In this document: positions 24,198 through 37,439 of the stretch, piece after piece
Layout: each line of letters starts with the position of its first letter
How positions within the stretch are numbered: the first letter of the stretch is position 1
Assembly: GCF_004010195.1 (NCBI RefSeq)
Contig: NC_057751.1
Coordinates: forward strand, 4,836,649 to 4,900,648
Length of the DNA stretch: 64,000 nt
Source: Chiloscyllium plagiosum
Taxonomy: Eukaryota
Direction: 5' to 3'
Program-made: the position numbers and the translations under genes
Notes under the pieces: model-generated
Seen by the model: the letters and a program-made list of their open reading frames with translations, nothing else
What the model was told of the DNA's origin: nothing
The model's database searches: none

Positions 24198-25379
24198 GTA
24201 ATGTATGAGGTGCTGATTCTGTCTCTGCGTCGGTGAGCATTGCCGAACGTCTGAACTTGCTTCAGTGAGCTTTTTTAGTTGTAGATCCAAAACCGTCAGC
24301 ACTCTGTGAATACTGTCCAGCTCGAAAACAGATCCTTTGAATCCTGGAAATCCCGTTCCACCATCATTCCTTCCCCTGCATTCACCTCTTACGCTTTCCA
24401 ACGATGATCCTTTCCAGGTCCATCTCCAAGACTTTAAACCTAATCTTGAATGCAAGTCAGATTTTCATTACTGTAGCACCTGACTCAACCTCAGGCTATT
24501 GCAAAGCACTGTATAGCCAAGAAGTACAGCTGCAGTTTATTCATTATTGTAAACCGAGACTTGAGCCCAGCATGCCAGCTGCTCGAGTACACAAGAGGGG
24601 GTTGTGCATCAACATGTGTTTTTCTCAAGTTGATGGCAAAAATGAAATTGCTCCTCCTTCTCTGTAACATTTGTTTCCGAATTCAAGAGAACTGTTCGTA
24701 CTCAAGATGGTGGAGAAATGCAAGTATACACTTGGGAAAGGAAACAGCAGCTTACTCTTTGGAATTCGAGAATTTCTCCTGATTTCATTTTTACTGCAAG
24801 TGCTCCCATGAGACATGTGGTTGGAATTTACTCAATGTAACCTGAGCTCTTTAACTGTACTTTTGTAACCTCTGGTCACTAGTACGTCAATGGTCCCCAG
24901 TTACATAGAACCTGGGACAGGAGAGCACAGGAACAGGCTCTTCGGCCCATCATGTCTGTGTGGCCATTATGCTGTTCTAAAGTAATCCCATCTGGCTGCA
25001 TATGGTACACATCCCTCTATTCCCTTCATGTACATGTGGTTGTCTAAGTGCCTCTTAGACTTTGCTATTGTCTCTGCTTCTGCTACCTCCCTGGCAGCAT
25101 GTTCCAGGAACTAACTACCCTCTGTGTAAAACAAAACTTTCCTTGCACATCTCCCTGAAATTTTTCCCTTGTTTCCTGAAATCTGTGCCCCCTAGTATTT
25201 GACATTTCCATCCTGGGAAAAAGACTCTTGACTATTTCCCCTATCCATGCATTTCATAATTTTATATACTTTGGTTAGGTCGCCCCTCAGCTCCAATGCT
25301 CTAGCAAAAGAAATCCAGGTTTGTCCGACCTTTCCTGATAGCTAATCCTCTCCAATCCAAGTAAATCTCTTTGCCCTTT

Positions 25380-25800
25380 GCTGTGGTTCTGTTTGCCGAG
25401 CTGGAAGTTTTTGTTGCAAACGTTTCGTCCCCTGTCTAGGTGACATCCTCAGTGCTTGGGAGCCTCCTGTGAAGCGCTTCTGTGGTGTTACCTCCGGCAT
25501 TTATAGTGGCCTGTCCCTGCCGCTTCCGGTTGTCAGTTTCAGCTGTCCGCTGTAGTGGACGGTATATTGGGTCCAGGTCTATGTGTTTGTTGATGGACAG
25601 CTGAAACTGACAACCGGAAGCGGCAGGGACAGGCCACTATAAATGCCGGAGGAAACACCACAGAAGCGCTTCACAGGAGGCTCCCAAGCACTGATGATGT
25701 CGCCTAGACAGGGGACGAAACGTTTGCAACAAAAACTTCCAGCTCGGCGAACAGAACCACAACGAGCACCCGAGCTACAAATCTTCTCACAAACTTTGAA
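25380..25800. mobile_element. Fold-back Penelope-like element remnant with 167-bp inverted arms, 3' tail and 13-bp TSD
   Basis: Arms 25382-25548 and 25595-25761; flanks ctctttgcccttt (25367-25379) and ctctttgctcttt (25801-25813); hammerhead core in each arm. Confidence 0.8.
25688..25727 (+). ncRNA. Minimal type-I hammerhead ribozyme motif (mirror copy on the - strand at about 25416-25455)
   Basis: GCA-CTGATGA-T-[GTC G CCT agac AGG G GAC]-GAAAC-GTT-TGC: core, stem II, palindromic stem III and stem I all present. Confidence 0.7.
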
Positions 25801-26227
25801 CTCTTTGCTCTTTCTCTAAGGCCTCCACGTCCTTCCTGTAGCATGGTGATCACGACTCTTCACTATCTCTGCATCTTTTTCCAACTTGTCATCCTCCTGA
25901 GATCTCTGTGATTCTCTGAACTGTGGCTTCTTCACCATCTCCAGTTTCAATTACTCCACCGTTGGTCGCAACTCCTTCAGCTGCCTTTGTTTCTGCCTTC
26001 AGCGACTTTTCAAATTGGTAACCACTTTCTAGTTTTACCGTGTTCCTGAACGCAAGGTATCTGACTAGACATTTTATCACCAGCTTTAATATCCCTTCCC
26101 ATAGATGACTGTCACCCTTTGACTTGGAATAGAATGGCAAAGCATCTTGAAGAGTCACCTATGTTAAAGGCCAATGCAAGTACTTTGTGCTGTTTAACCT
26201 TCTTCCTTCTTGTCCTCCTCCTCACAG

Positions 26228-26433
26228 GTACTTTACCAAATTGTTGGACATGGAAGCTACCGATATTAAGAACCCTTATTTAAACTACGGCATCGTGATA
26301 GACTGTGGAAGCAGTGGCTCGAGACTCTTTGTGTACTGTTGGCCAAGGCACAATGGCAATCCACACGATCTGCTGGATATCAAACAGATGAGGGGCAGGA
26401 ACAGGCAACCTGTCGTGATGAAGATCAAACCAG
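26228..26433 (+). CDS. ENTPD4: ENTPD4 exon with apyrase conserved region 1 (YGIVIDCGSSGSRLFVY)
   Basis: GDA1/CD39 ACR1 motif; cacag acceptor and gttaat donor. Confidence 0.96.
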
Positions 26434-26550
26434 GTTAATCACTGTGAGAATAGGTGTTGTCACCAACTCGTTAAAACTGAGGGCCCTTTCTTTCAGCAAA
26501 GGAAAATACATTGGGTGTCTAATCCACATCTGGATCGACTTAAAATCTTG

Positions 26551-26750
26551 TACAGGTCGTTCTGCTATAACGTGCATTTCATTAACATAAATTTTCTGTC
26601 ACGCAGTGACAAAGTGGGGCCACTGTTTCTAAAGCACAAACGTTTAAGATGTGTTGGCAACACTTTAAACGATGTTTCTGAGGCACGATTTTTTGATAAT
26701 GTGGGGTTGCACAAGAACACAACCATTGTGTTACAGGAGAACTACCTATA
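26551..26750. mobile_element. TA-flanked MITE (Tc1/mariner-pogo type); relatives at 17961-18190, 30510-30743 and about 37985-38184
   Basis: Imperfect 21-bp terminal inverted repeats TACAGGTCGTTCTGCTATAAC and GTTACAGGAGAACTACCTATA. Confidence 0.65.
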
Positions 26751-28234
26751 CACTGTTTTAAATGGTCCACTGTTATGGTGGGAGTAGGTGGAAGCGATTG
26801 CTTCAGTTGGATGATATCAGAAATGTAAAATCACTGACAAGAGTCTCAAGGGGAGATGAGAATGTTTTGGGATCTGCATTGTTCCTATCTGAAATGCTTC
26901 ACCCAAATAGACAGTGGAAACTGATTCCATCATTTTTGTTGAAAGGATGTTGGAAACGTAATTCAGGATGAGGAAGGTACAGTGAGGCGAACAAAAGGTA
27001 GGAAATGTTCAGAGCAACAGCACAGGCAGATTGAGCTGAAGGCAACCTCCTGTCCGGTTCAAAGAGTTTTTGTTTTCAGCAAGCATGTAGGAAAGGCGAG
27101 AGAGAGACAGGGGCATTCTGTATGTTAAATAACAGTCAGACTGTCCAAGCGTAAGGCACTTAGATGACCCCTTTTCTCTGTTAGATGTGTTGACTTCTGC
27201 TGGGTTTTTGCAGTGAATATTGTTTGCGTGAATATTGGCAGATGGTTTGTTTGTAGGGACTATAGAGAAGTTGAGCCCTATCCCAGCCATAGTACTGAGG
27301 GACAGTACGGGGTATTCTGTTGTGCTCTTCTTTGCCTTGCCTCAACTCCTGTTGTTGGCTGGTGCTTCACTTTCCATCAGCTCAGTCACTGCCACCTTGG
27401 ACTGGGTTCTGCATTCTGACTGTAACACAGAATGGCAGCGTAACTCCCAGGCTCACTCCAGAGACTGCTTCTTCATAATTTCCATTGGAAAATTAAAACC
27501 AACAGAGCAGCTATCTCATTCGCCCCTCCTTTTAAGATTTTAGAATGAAGTCCATTAGGACTCGAGTATTTGTCAGCTCACAGTGCCAACAATTTGCAGC
27601 AGCACATCCCTGGAAATTGTGAATTTCCAGAGTTCCTCCCTCTGTTTGATTTGCTGATTTGTAGCTACTACTAGGATGTTACTTGTATCCGAGACTGGTA
27701 CAAAACACCTCTTCAATACATCTGCCAATTCCTTAATTATTAATTCTCCAGCCTGGCTTTGTAAAGAATCAGAACTTATGTCTGTGTGTTACAAATATTT
27801 ATACACACAAAGGGTTCTTTGTACAGAAAATCTTTCCAACTTTTTTTATATTTCTGACAAGCTTTCTCTTGTACTCTCATTTTCCCCTCTGTTGGTCAGA
27901 ATGTGAAAATTAGTACCATTTCAGTGGGTGACTAGCACTAATTGAACATTGATGCATTTAAGAGAAAGTTAGATAAACATTGGAGGTTGAAAGGAATAGA
28001 AAGATACGAAAATGGACGGGTGACATGTTCCAAATCGAGGGGAATGATTTGGTGTGGAGTCGAAGCACCAACAGATTGAATGGTGTGTTTGCTGTTGTGA
28101 AACTCGGCTGTGTTTCAAAGTCACTATCAGTGGGCATTGAGAGCTGTGATGTCTGCAAAGAAAACTCTGCTTTCAAGTATTCTAAAGAACATGGCCTGAA
28201 ATGGGCTGTGAATCGCGTGAAACTTAGATGAAAC

Positions 28235-29560
28235 AAAAATCCAAAAGAACTGGGAATGCTGGAAATCAGAAATTGCTTGAAAAGCCCAGGCGGTTCGATC
28301 ACCATGTGGTTTCCTGTACATGGGGAAACAAAATGTAGGCTAGGTGTTATGAAGATGTGGGTGTACTGTACCTTTTAAGAGAGTTAAACTCTGGTAGAGC
28401 TACCTGACAGCACCAAGTGTTCACAATAAGGTAACAATGTAACACTTGGTCGAAAGCTAAATTAGCTGGTTGCCTGGAAACAGCAACACAGATTCAAATT
28501 AGGCCACTCGGTTTAAATTATACCCCGAAAAATACCAAACTCCAATCCAGTTTGAATTTAGTCTTTTGACAATCTTAAAAGCCAATGCTTTGGGAGTATA
28601 AAACTGGAGAAAATTGAACAGTTGACAGGAGAACTGCCCAACTACTGGCATGTAAAAAAGACTGCCTGAAAAATAGATCTCTTAAAAGTACCATTATTGA
28701 TCAGTGACCTCTGAAAGCAGAAAGCCCGAAGGAGAAGAAAAGAAGACAGGATTACAGAGAAAACGAAAGCTGCCTGGTTTTGAAATTATTAGTTTTGTTT
28801 TGGAAATCATAATTGGGAGTTTTATCGGACTAGTGTTATCGAAGGGAAGGTAAAAGACAGGTCAGAGGAAGGACTTACAAATAGTTGTTAGTTAATTATT
28901 CTCTGTTATACTTCATGAAATGAAGTTGTTAATTTTTCCTTTAACTAGTTCTTGGCCTCTTGAATTTTCACAGATTACTGTACAGGGTAAATCTTTGCTG
29001 TGTTGCTGGTTTTAAATTAAGAAGGAGAGTTTACCCCATGTTGTAACACTAGGTGACCACTTTGCAGAACACCTATACTCTGTCCAGTTGCCAGCCACTT
29101 TAACACAGCACCCTGTTCCCTGGCCAACATCTCTGTCTCAGGGTTGCTGCAGTGCTCCAGCACAGCTCATTGCAAGCTGGAAGAACAACAACACCTTTTC
29201 TGTTTGGGGATGCTAGAGCTTTTGGACTCAATACCGAGTTCAACTATTTTAGGGCTTGAAGCACCTTTTCCCATGTCCTTATCCTAACCCCCACACACCA
29301 GGCCTTGTTATCACATGGTCTGCTATTACACACAACCAACTGGTAAACACTCATAGTCCCCATTAGCAGCTATTCACCCTCCTAAGCTGACCGTTATCCA
29401 CTCCTTTGTCCAACTGTTCTCTCTTTGGGCTCTATCCCCATCTATCACTTACTCTGTACCCCTTCCTGTCTTTTGCATGAAAAAAAACACCTGTTCCTGG
29501 CTACCATCAGTTCTGAGGAAGGGTTCACTGGACCAAACTTTTAACTGTGCTTTCCCTCCA
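28235..29560 (+). mobile_element. Degraded Penelope-like element split by a solo LTR
   Basis: Y-GETKCR|LGDHFAEHL GIY-YIG region reads across the LTR insertion; degenerate ctgagga...aaac core near 29513. Confidence 0.65.
28345..29048 (+). mobile_element. Solo LTR (704 bp) with 5-bp TSD (CTAGG)
   Basis: TGTTA...TAACA inverted ends; CTAGG at 28340-28344 and 29049-29053; TATAAAA box near 28596. Confidence 0.8.
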
Positions 29561-30036
29561 TGAAAGTTGGGTATTTAGCAGCACTTTCATCGCAATTCAC
29601 GCCTTCGTTCTTTCCCGAGCACTGAATCATTGTGGACTGATAGAGCACAGTGCATGGTCATCAGTCACAAACTGAGAAATGTTAAAATCATGTTCCTGGT
29701 GTTGACTATCCCGTGTCAGATTTCTCCCGGCTACAAGATCTCAGTCTACTGAGAATTATATTCTGATGCAACATCAGTATTCGTCTTTATTTGAAAATTC
29801 CACCTGCATAATATACTCGCCAGTCCACCTGGATGTGGTCGTATCTTTTAACAAGAGTCCAGGTCCTCTGACGCAAATTGGTCATGTGACAGCCATTGAG
29901 CTGGAGCTGGGGAGCAGGAGTCAGAGCAACACTTGCAGTGAGTGCTCTAATGACAGCACATGTGCTGTGCTCAATTTATTGCTTTGGAAGAAATCGTTTT
30001 GCTTCATTGTCTCTTGTTGTGTTTTTTTTTCCACAG

Positions 30037-30187
30037 GAATTTCAGAGCTGGCAGCCACACCGGAGAAATCCAGTGATTACCTGGCACCTCTTCTGAATTT
30101 TGCAGCAGATCACATTCCTCACTCGAAGCACCAAGAGACTCCTCTTTATATCCTGTGTACGGCTGGGATGAGAGTTTTACCTGAAAA
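30037..30187 (+). CDS. ENTPD4: ENTPD4 exon with ACR2 (TPLYILCTAGMRVLPE)
   Basis: ACR2 motif; canonical splice sites; phase consistent. Confidence 0.95.
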
Positions 30188-31224
30188 GTAATGGTTTTCT
30201 GTTATTTCATTAAAAAAAAACTCAGCTCCTTCCGCACCCAGAGCCCCTCAACCTCCCCCATACTCAGGGACTTTGGCCCATTCCCTCTGCTGCACTGGTT
30301 TGATACTCTAGCAAGATGTATAACAGAGCAGAATTGGGAAGCAGATGTCACTGTGAGGGACAGCATTTATGACCCACCCCGAGTTGTTTTTGAGGTGATG
30401 GCATTGAGCTGCTGCCTTTAACCATGTCAGGCATTGTCTGAATATGGACATGGTGCTCCTCGGGAGGTAATTCCAGGATTTTGCCTAAGTGACACTGAAG
30501 CAACGACAATACAGCCGGTTCTTCTATAACGCGCATTTCGTCAGTGCGAATTGGCCATAACGTGATTGGTGAATTGTGGATGTTTTTTGCATAACACAAA
30601 CTTTCTGCTGAATGGGTATATCGGGTTTTCCGTAGTGTGATTTTCCACAGTGCCATTTCTCTAGCTGTTTCCCACAGCGTGAGTTTCTATAGCCTGAGGC
30701 TGCAGAGGAACGCAACTGTGGTGATACAGCAGAATGACCTGTATTATTCCAAGGCAGGATGACATGTGGCTTGTAGGGGGCTTGCAGCTGCTGGGGTTTC
30801 CCATGTTTCTGTTGTCCTTGTCCTTCCATGTGATCGACCTTGTGGGTTTAGAAGGTGTTGTCAGAGCAACCTTGATGATTGACTACATTGCATCTTGATG
30901 GTACACATCGGAGCTGCCATGTATTGGTGGTGATGGGGTGCTAACCACGTCAGCAAATGTGTTCAAGGGATCTCGAGTTTCCACAGCACAGAAAAGCCCT
31001 TCAGCCTATTATGTTTATATTGGTCATCAAGCACCAATTTACTGAGGTCCTTTTTTCATGTACTTGGCCTGTCGTCTTGTATACTATGGCCCATTAAATG
31101 TTAATTTAAATAGTTCTGGTTAAACATTGTGGTGGTTCCCACTTGTACCACCTTGCCAGGCAGTGAGTTCCAGGATACTGCCTGGGTGAAAAACATTCTT
31201 CCTGCCCTTGACCTTCATTCCTCA

Positions 31225-32090
31225 ATCCAGTCAGCTTCTTGAGTGTTGTTGGACTGCACCTATCCAGGTAAATGGAGAATATTCATCACACTCCTGACTT
31301 GTGTCTTGTAGATGGTGCACAGGTATTGGACAGACAGGGGGTGAATTACGTGTTGCAGTGTGCCAACCCTCTGACCTGGTCTTGCAGCCACTGTATTCAT
31401 AGGGCTACTCCAATTCAGTTTCTGGTCAATGACCACCGCCCCACCCCCAGGATGTTGATCATAAGGGATTCAGTGATGGTCATGCCATTGAATGTCAAGG
31501 AAAGGTGTTTAGACTCTTTCTTGTTGGAGATGGACATTGCCCAGCAATTGTGTGACACAAATGTTACATAGCACTTATCATCCCATGCCTGGCTACTGTC
31601 CAGGTCTTGTTGCATTTGGATATAGACTGCTTCAGTACCTGAGTCATTGTGAACGAAGCTGCTGAAGGTTATTGGGCCAAGGGCACACCCCTGCAGAAGT
31701 TCTGCAGAGATACCTTGGAACTGAGCTGATTGACCTCCAGCAGCCAAGACCATTTTCCCTTGTGCTAGTTGTGATTCCAGCCGATCGAGAGTTTGCCTCC
31801 AACACCCCCCAACTACAATTTTGCTCAGGTACCTTGGCGCCACAGTCAGATACTGCATTACCATCACCTCTGGAGTTCAGCTTTTTTATCCATATTCCAA
31901 CCAAGACTGTGATGAGGTAAGGAGCTCGATGGCTCTTGTGGAACCCAAACTGTGCATCAGTGAGCAGCTTATTCCTTTGCAGGTGCCTCGAGACAGCACT
32001 GTCAGTGATCCCTTCCAGTACTTGCTTGTGATGGACACGAAACTGATGGGGCAGGAATTGGCTGAGAAGAGTTTGCCCTGACTTTTGTCG
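31225..32090 (-). mobile_element. Degraded CR1/L2-clade LINE RT fragment
   Basis: LLTDAQFGF and QMQQDLD..QAW remnants in - strand ORFs. Confidence 0.7.
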
Positions 32091-32481
32091 ACAGGACATG
32101 CGCAGTTTCCCACAGTGTTGGGTGTGCAGTGAGTTAGCTGATTTCAGTTTGGGCAATGGTGGTGACAGCTCACGAGGTCTATTATTCCTGCTGGGTTGGT
32201 GGCAAAAGAAATCCACTTTCAGGTATGCTCTGGCAGTGCCTGTTGGACATTTTCCCCTTCAGAAGTCTGTTCAGCAGCAAACTAGCCTCAACTGTCACAC
32301 CCTGACTGTCAGGAGATCACTGCAATGTAGTGATTAATCACAGAGACATGTTCAACAGAGGCCCATCAAAACATTGCCTCACCTGAGTCACTTCAAGAAA
32401 GGGGAGCAGAGAGCATACTCTGGTGGTTGTTGCACACAGTGTCTTTCCAAGTGTTGACCACAGTTAATTTTGCTCTTTCAG

Positions 32482-32585
32482 CCAGCAAAATGCCATCCTT
32501 GAAGATCTCCGTACAGATATTCCACTGAACTTTGATTTCCTCTTCGCAGACTCACACGCAGAAGTCATTTCAGGCAAGCAAGAAG
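32482..32585 (+). CDS. ENTPD4: ENTPD4 exon (QQNAILEDLRTDIPLNFDFLFADSHAEVISGKQE), ACR3 start
   Basis: tttcag acceptor and gtatgt donor; ISGKQEG catalytic motif across the junction. Confidence 0.95.
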
Positions 32586-33454
32586 GTATGTACTCAGCAA
32601 TGGCAGTACTGTTGGGGAGATTGGGCGAGCAGTTCTGAGGCTTGAAGTGAATTGTTGAGCAGGTGAGCAAATGCACTAAACACTTGGTGAAATGTTAACA
32701 GGGGAGTCTGCAGCAGTGGCAGTCGGCTTGTTCCATTTTGTTCAGTCCAGTGTGTTATTCATACAGGATATGGTATGGGACGTTACTGTGTCATTAGAAC
32801 ATGTGTACTATCCAAGCAGATAGTCCATTGACTCAGGAAGTAGATCCTGTTTAAATTGAGTCAGGCGAACGAAGCAAACAGAGTTTATGACCAAAAGCAC
32901 AACAAAGTCTTCGAGTTGAAGCAGAATTGTTCCATTTGTAAAATTCCCTGAGTAGAGGATAGTTTGGTAATGTGTACATCTCGTCAATTGCAGACTTTAA
33001 AGCATTGTGCTCTCCAGGCATGGGAGAATTACTCACTCCATCAGCATTCTGATACTTAAGATGGGATCATGTCATTGAGTAGCCTGCATTTGCCACTGTG
33101 TTGTCGGAATCGGTCTGGCACAGTGGTCAGAATGTGGTCTGATAAAGCAAGTTGAGGCTCCTGTGCCTGTTTGACCATGATGCCTGTGCACCAAGACAAG
33201 GTGAATGTTTGTGACTCACGCACCCAAATGGTCTGAGATTTGGTGCCTGAGGTTTGGTTGGACGGAGCTTATGCTTTGGTACAGTTCGAAACTGAGCCTG
33301 TTTTGGCAAGCTTTTTATTATCTTAACTTTCTGTTCAAGTTAATTCACCCATCACCAAATGTGAAATTTGCCAACGCAATTGGGCACCATTTCAGAGTGT
33401 CGTTCCTTTTATCGGACAACCTTTTCATATCATGAAGATTCCTTAATTTATCAG

Positions 33455-34060
33455 TGTGGTGATGCTGTTGCTTTAAGAGTTGTACTTTGACCTGGTTTTT
33501 CTGTGAATAAAGTTTGAGACAAAGGTGAAAAACTGGTCTGCTGATAGCCAATAATGTAAACAGCTTGTGAGGCTTTGGGGGTTTTTGATCAAGTTGGAAC
33601 AATGGAAGCAGCCGGAATGGGTGGGATCAAGCTCCCACAGAACCAGGATTTCTGCAGTTGCTGGTGTCTTGAAACTACAACAGCTAAAAGCTGGGGTTCT
33701 CTTCCTGCTGCGAGAATTGCATGTGAGACAGTCTGTTTTACTGAATTTGTTTTGGCCAAGAGTGTGTTTATGGGATGTTACCATATTGGAACAGTAATTA
33801 GTAGGAGTTAATATAGCTACTATTCAATTCAGCATTTTGATAGAGTTACAGTTTAGCCATCTCCTTTCTTTTCTATTTGTTTTGTCTGTATTTTAACTGT
33901 GGTGTAAAAATAAAGTGTGTTTTGCTTAAAGTTGAGAAGTTTGACCAGTTGGATTGCATCTGGAATACAGCGCCTTAGATTTACCTTTAAAATAAATAGA
34001 AGTTGGGGTCTTGTCTGTCATCATCTTATATTTTGTGGGGATTTGAGCTCATCCATAACA
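33455..34060 (+). mobile_element. Solo LTR-like element (same family as 14528-15536)
   Basis: TG...CA ends; shared blocks such as gaattgcatgtgagacag and gaccagttggattgcatctggaa; no clean TSD. Confidence 0.55.
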
Positions 34061-35118
34061 CAAGGATTAATCATTTGGCAGTGCATGCAATGGGCAGTCA
34101 TTGGTGTAATGGTCAGTGCTGTGCATCCAGTACTCTGGTAATCCCAGAGCCCCGGGCTAAGATCGTGGGGACATGTGTTTGAATCCTAATACAGTAGATG
34201 GTGAAATTTTAATTGCAATTAAAATCCCAGCGGAGTGTTGGCCATATACCCATTGTTATTTGTTGGAAAAGCCCATCTGGTTCACTCATGTCCTTTCAGG
34301 GAAGGAAATCTGCCACAGTTTTCTCATGAGGTCTGCACGTGACTTTGGAGCTACAGCAATGTAGTTGACTCTTAACTGCCCTCTGAAATAGCCATGTGTT
34401 TCAAGCACAGTTGGGAATAGCAAATAAATGCCAGCCTTGAAAGTGGCACTCTAACCCCATGGAAGAACGCAGAATACTTGGATTGCAAGTGGATTGATTG
34501 CACAAAGAGACAAAATGAGTTTTCAGAAACACGTGCAGTATTGCCTGCTCATGATACTCTGATGCAGCCACGGAGTTATGAGCTCCATTTTGAAGTTTGG
34601 AAAACATTATTCTAAACCTTTTGACACATGTCAATTAATGCTCAAAGTGACCAACATAATTTTAAAAACATATGAAAGCCCATCAAAGAATGTGCACTGA
34701 ATAGATTTCAGAAGAGGGGGGTGGACAGATTTTTAATTAATAACGGGTGAAAGGGTTCTTGGGGGGTGCAGGAAGGACGATGGAGTTGAGGCTGAGATCA
34801 GTTGTGATTGTATTAAATGGTGGAGCAGACCTTAGAGGCTGAATGATCTTTTGCTGTCTCTAGTTCTTATCTTACGGAACCAACAGCTGGTGGTTTTCAA
34901 ATTGAAAACAACATATAGATACGCATTTTCTTAATTTATCAGATAACTCTCCTCCTGTGAGCAGCACTCGCTCCATAATGATTTCATAAAAGGCACAGTC
35001 CCAAATAACTAGCACTGACTTATTGCAGCAGTAAAGGTTTTCTCTTTCATAATTGCAGTCAAATACATTGTAAACCTGAAGCAGTAATCTGAGATTTCTT
35101 TTATTTCCATGATTTCAG

Positions 35119-35178
35119 GAGTTTACGCTTGGATTGGAATCAACTTTGTCCTGGGACGATTTGACCACATCAGCAATG
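35119..35178 (+). CDS. ENTPD4: ENTPD4 exon (GVYAWIGINFVLGRFDHISN)
   Basis: ACR3 continuation; tttcag acceptor and gtaaaa donor. Confidence 0.95.
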
Positions 35179-35901
35179 GTAAAACTTTGCATCTGTGCTT
35201 TGTAAAGAGCAGGATCCACCTGATATGTTTTAACACCTTCCTAACTGGGGTCTATTTCACATGTACATGAAACAGTGCTGTTGTGGCTGTAACGTCACAA
35301 TTAATAATTTAATCCTTGACTGACCTTTTGAACAATAGGATGCAGTGACTCATCTGACAATGGGGATGACGTTTTCACAGAATAGGGCTGGACCCATTGC
35401 TGAGCGTGTTTGATGCATGGGTATCTGTGCCAGCACCAACAATGTGTCTATTACTATTTTATATTTGTTGTGTGAGAGATAAAGAACAGCCAGAGCAAGG
35501 AGAGCTTCTCCCTTGGCGCCCTTTCAAATGCTGCTCCAGAATCGTTTACTTCAGCCTGAGAGAACAGGCATGATTTCTCTTGAAGATCTTTTTGAAAGTG
35601 GCTCTTCGGACCATGTAGGACCCCTCGAGTACTGCACTCGGAGTGTTGCCCGTGGTCCTGGACCTGAGTCCATGGAGCAGGACTTGAATGCACCACCTTT
35701 TGTTGAGAGGCAGTGCACTGTGCTGGTCTTGTCACAGTGTTAGCCTGCTGGCTGCAAGAAAGCTGCTCCTGCAATTCACTGGAGATCTGGGTATAATCCA
35801 GTCGTTGGTTTTCAAATTGGACAGTGGATGCCAAGTTTGTAAAGAGGTGTAAACAGCAAATGTATGCAACTAACATGTTTTCCTCTGATGAATTTGCACA
35901 G

Positions 35902-36056
35902 GTGAGGACTCGGTTGTGGAAGTCAAGGTTCCTGGTACGGAGACTCAGGCAGCTGTTGTCCGGAAGAGGACAACTGGTGTCCTGGACATGGGAGGGGTAT
36001 CTACTCAGATAGCCTATGAAGTTCCCAAAACTGTAAGCTTTGCCTCTTCACAGCAG
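35902..36056 (+). CDS. ENTPD4: ENTPD4 exon with ACR4 (GVLDMGGVSTQIAYE); alternative upstream donor ends the exon at 36032
   Basis: DMGGxSTQ motif; donors gtaagc (36033) and gttatt (36057) flank VSFASSQQ. Confidence 0.95.
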
Positions 36057-37439
36057 GTTATTATCTGTCCTTCCTCTTTTTTTGGTTTGGCTTTGATTTT
36101 GAGCTTTATCCTTAAAAATCCATGTTCTGTAACATTTAGCCTGGTCATTGGGTCCCTTGCATGGGAGTTCCTGAGTGTCGATTTCATGCAATAAGTTCCT
36201 GCTCTCTGGAAACTAACATGCCCTCGCTCCTTGTTGTCTTTTGTTGCCTGCGTTTTCATCCTTGAAGTGAGTGCTTTGCTGGCTCGAAGTTAATTGATCC
36301 CTCTGATGCAATGTCCTTTTGCAGTAACTGATTTGTTTTCAATGTACTCAGCAGCAGAAAGCCTCCCTTGAGACAGTATCAATGATGAATGAGTTTTTGA
36401 TGAGAAGCCCTTTCCAGCTGATCCCAGTAAACTGTCAGGAAGGGAGCTGGCTGCAGCTCAGGGGCTGGAAGTGGAGAGTGGAATGGAAACATTAAGACGA
36501 GCCTGTGTCTGTGGGTGGGTGGGTGTGTGCATGCATGTATGTGTGTTTGAGAGGAGTGTGGAAGACAGAGGCCAAACATGATGGGTTGTCAAGCGTGAAG
36601 CTGCCGAGTGAGCCAAACTTGAACATTACAAGGCCCCAAGGAGCCATCCAAGCTGAGAGTGTATCAGCCCACTGGGTGTGAATGGGAGGCGTTGAGTTCC
36701 CATTCTGCTGCTTGAAGTGGGGCACCACAGTGGGCTTCAGCTTCGAGCAGGGAGCCAGAGTGAGGCATGAACCAGCACTTGTGCATGCAAAAAAAATGTT
36801 TCCCAGTGATGCAATAATCCCTCACATGGTTCATAATCCTGAAGCATTCCCTGTCTCAACTCACGCAGGGAGAATGATTGCTTGAGCAATCCACCAGGGA
36901 GGAAGTTGACTCATTGAGCTGGCATCTGCTCTTTCTGAAGTAGAGTTTCAAGTTTAGCATCAGGAATGTCAATTAACTTCTCTTCAAAATTGCTTGACTC
37001 TGCTATGAATGTTCTGTCCTTTTTGTCCGACTGTAACCCATCCACTCGTTGAAACAGATTCTCTCACGCTCCCTTATCAGTTCTTTTCAGATGGTGGAGG
37101 TTGTGAGAAATGCAAGGCCACTTTGTGTAATCTCTCTTCATTAGCTGACCCATGAGGCCCGGTTGCTCTCTGCAAACTCACAAGCGGAAGGAAAAATCGT
37201 TCACTGATGAATAAGAGAGGCCAGTGGCTTTTGTTTAAGCGAACTTGGAATAGTCTCTGTTGGAAGCTGTGATTTCAAACCATGCGAAGCCCCCTGCCCA
37301 AATGCTGTGGGCCTGATACGTTCTTTAATCCCCTTGGAAGTGACTTTTAAAGCAGGCACACTTTTTAATGCCCAAATTGACTGCATAAGGGAACAAAGAC
37401 ATAGCACCATGAGCTGCAAACCTTGAGCGTTCTCTCAAG

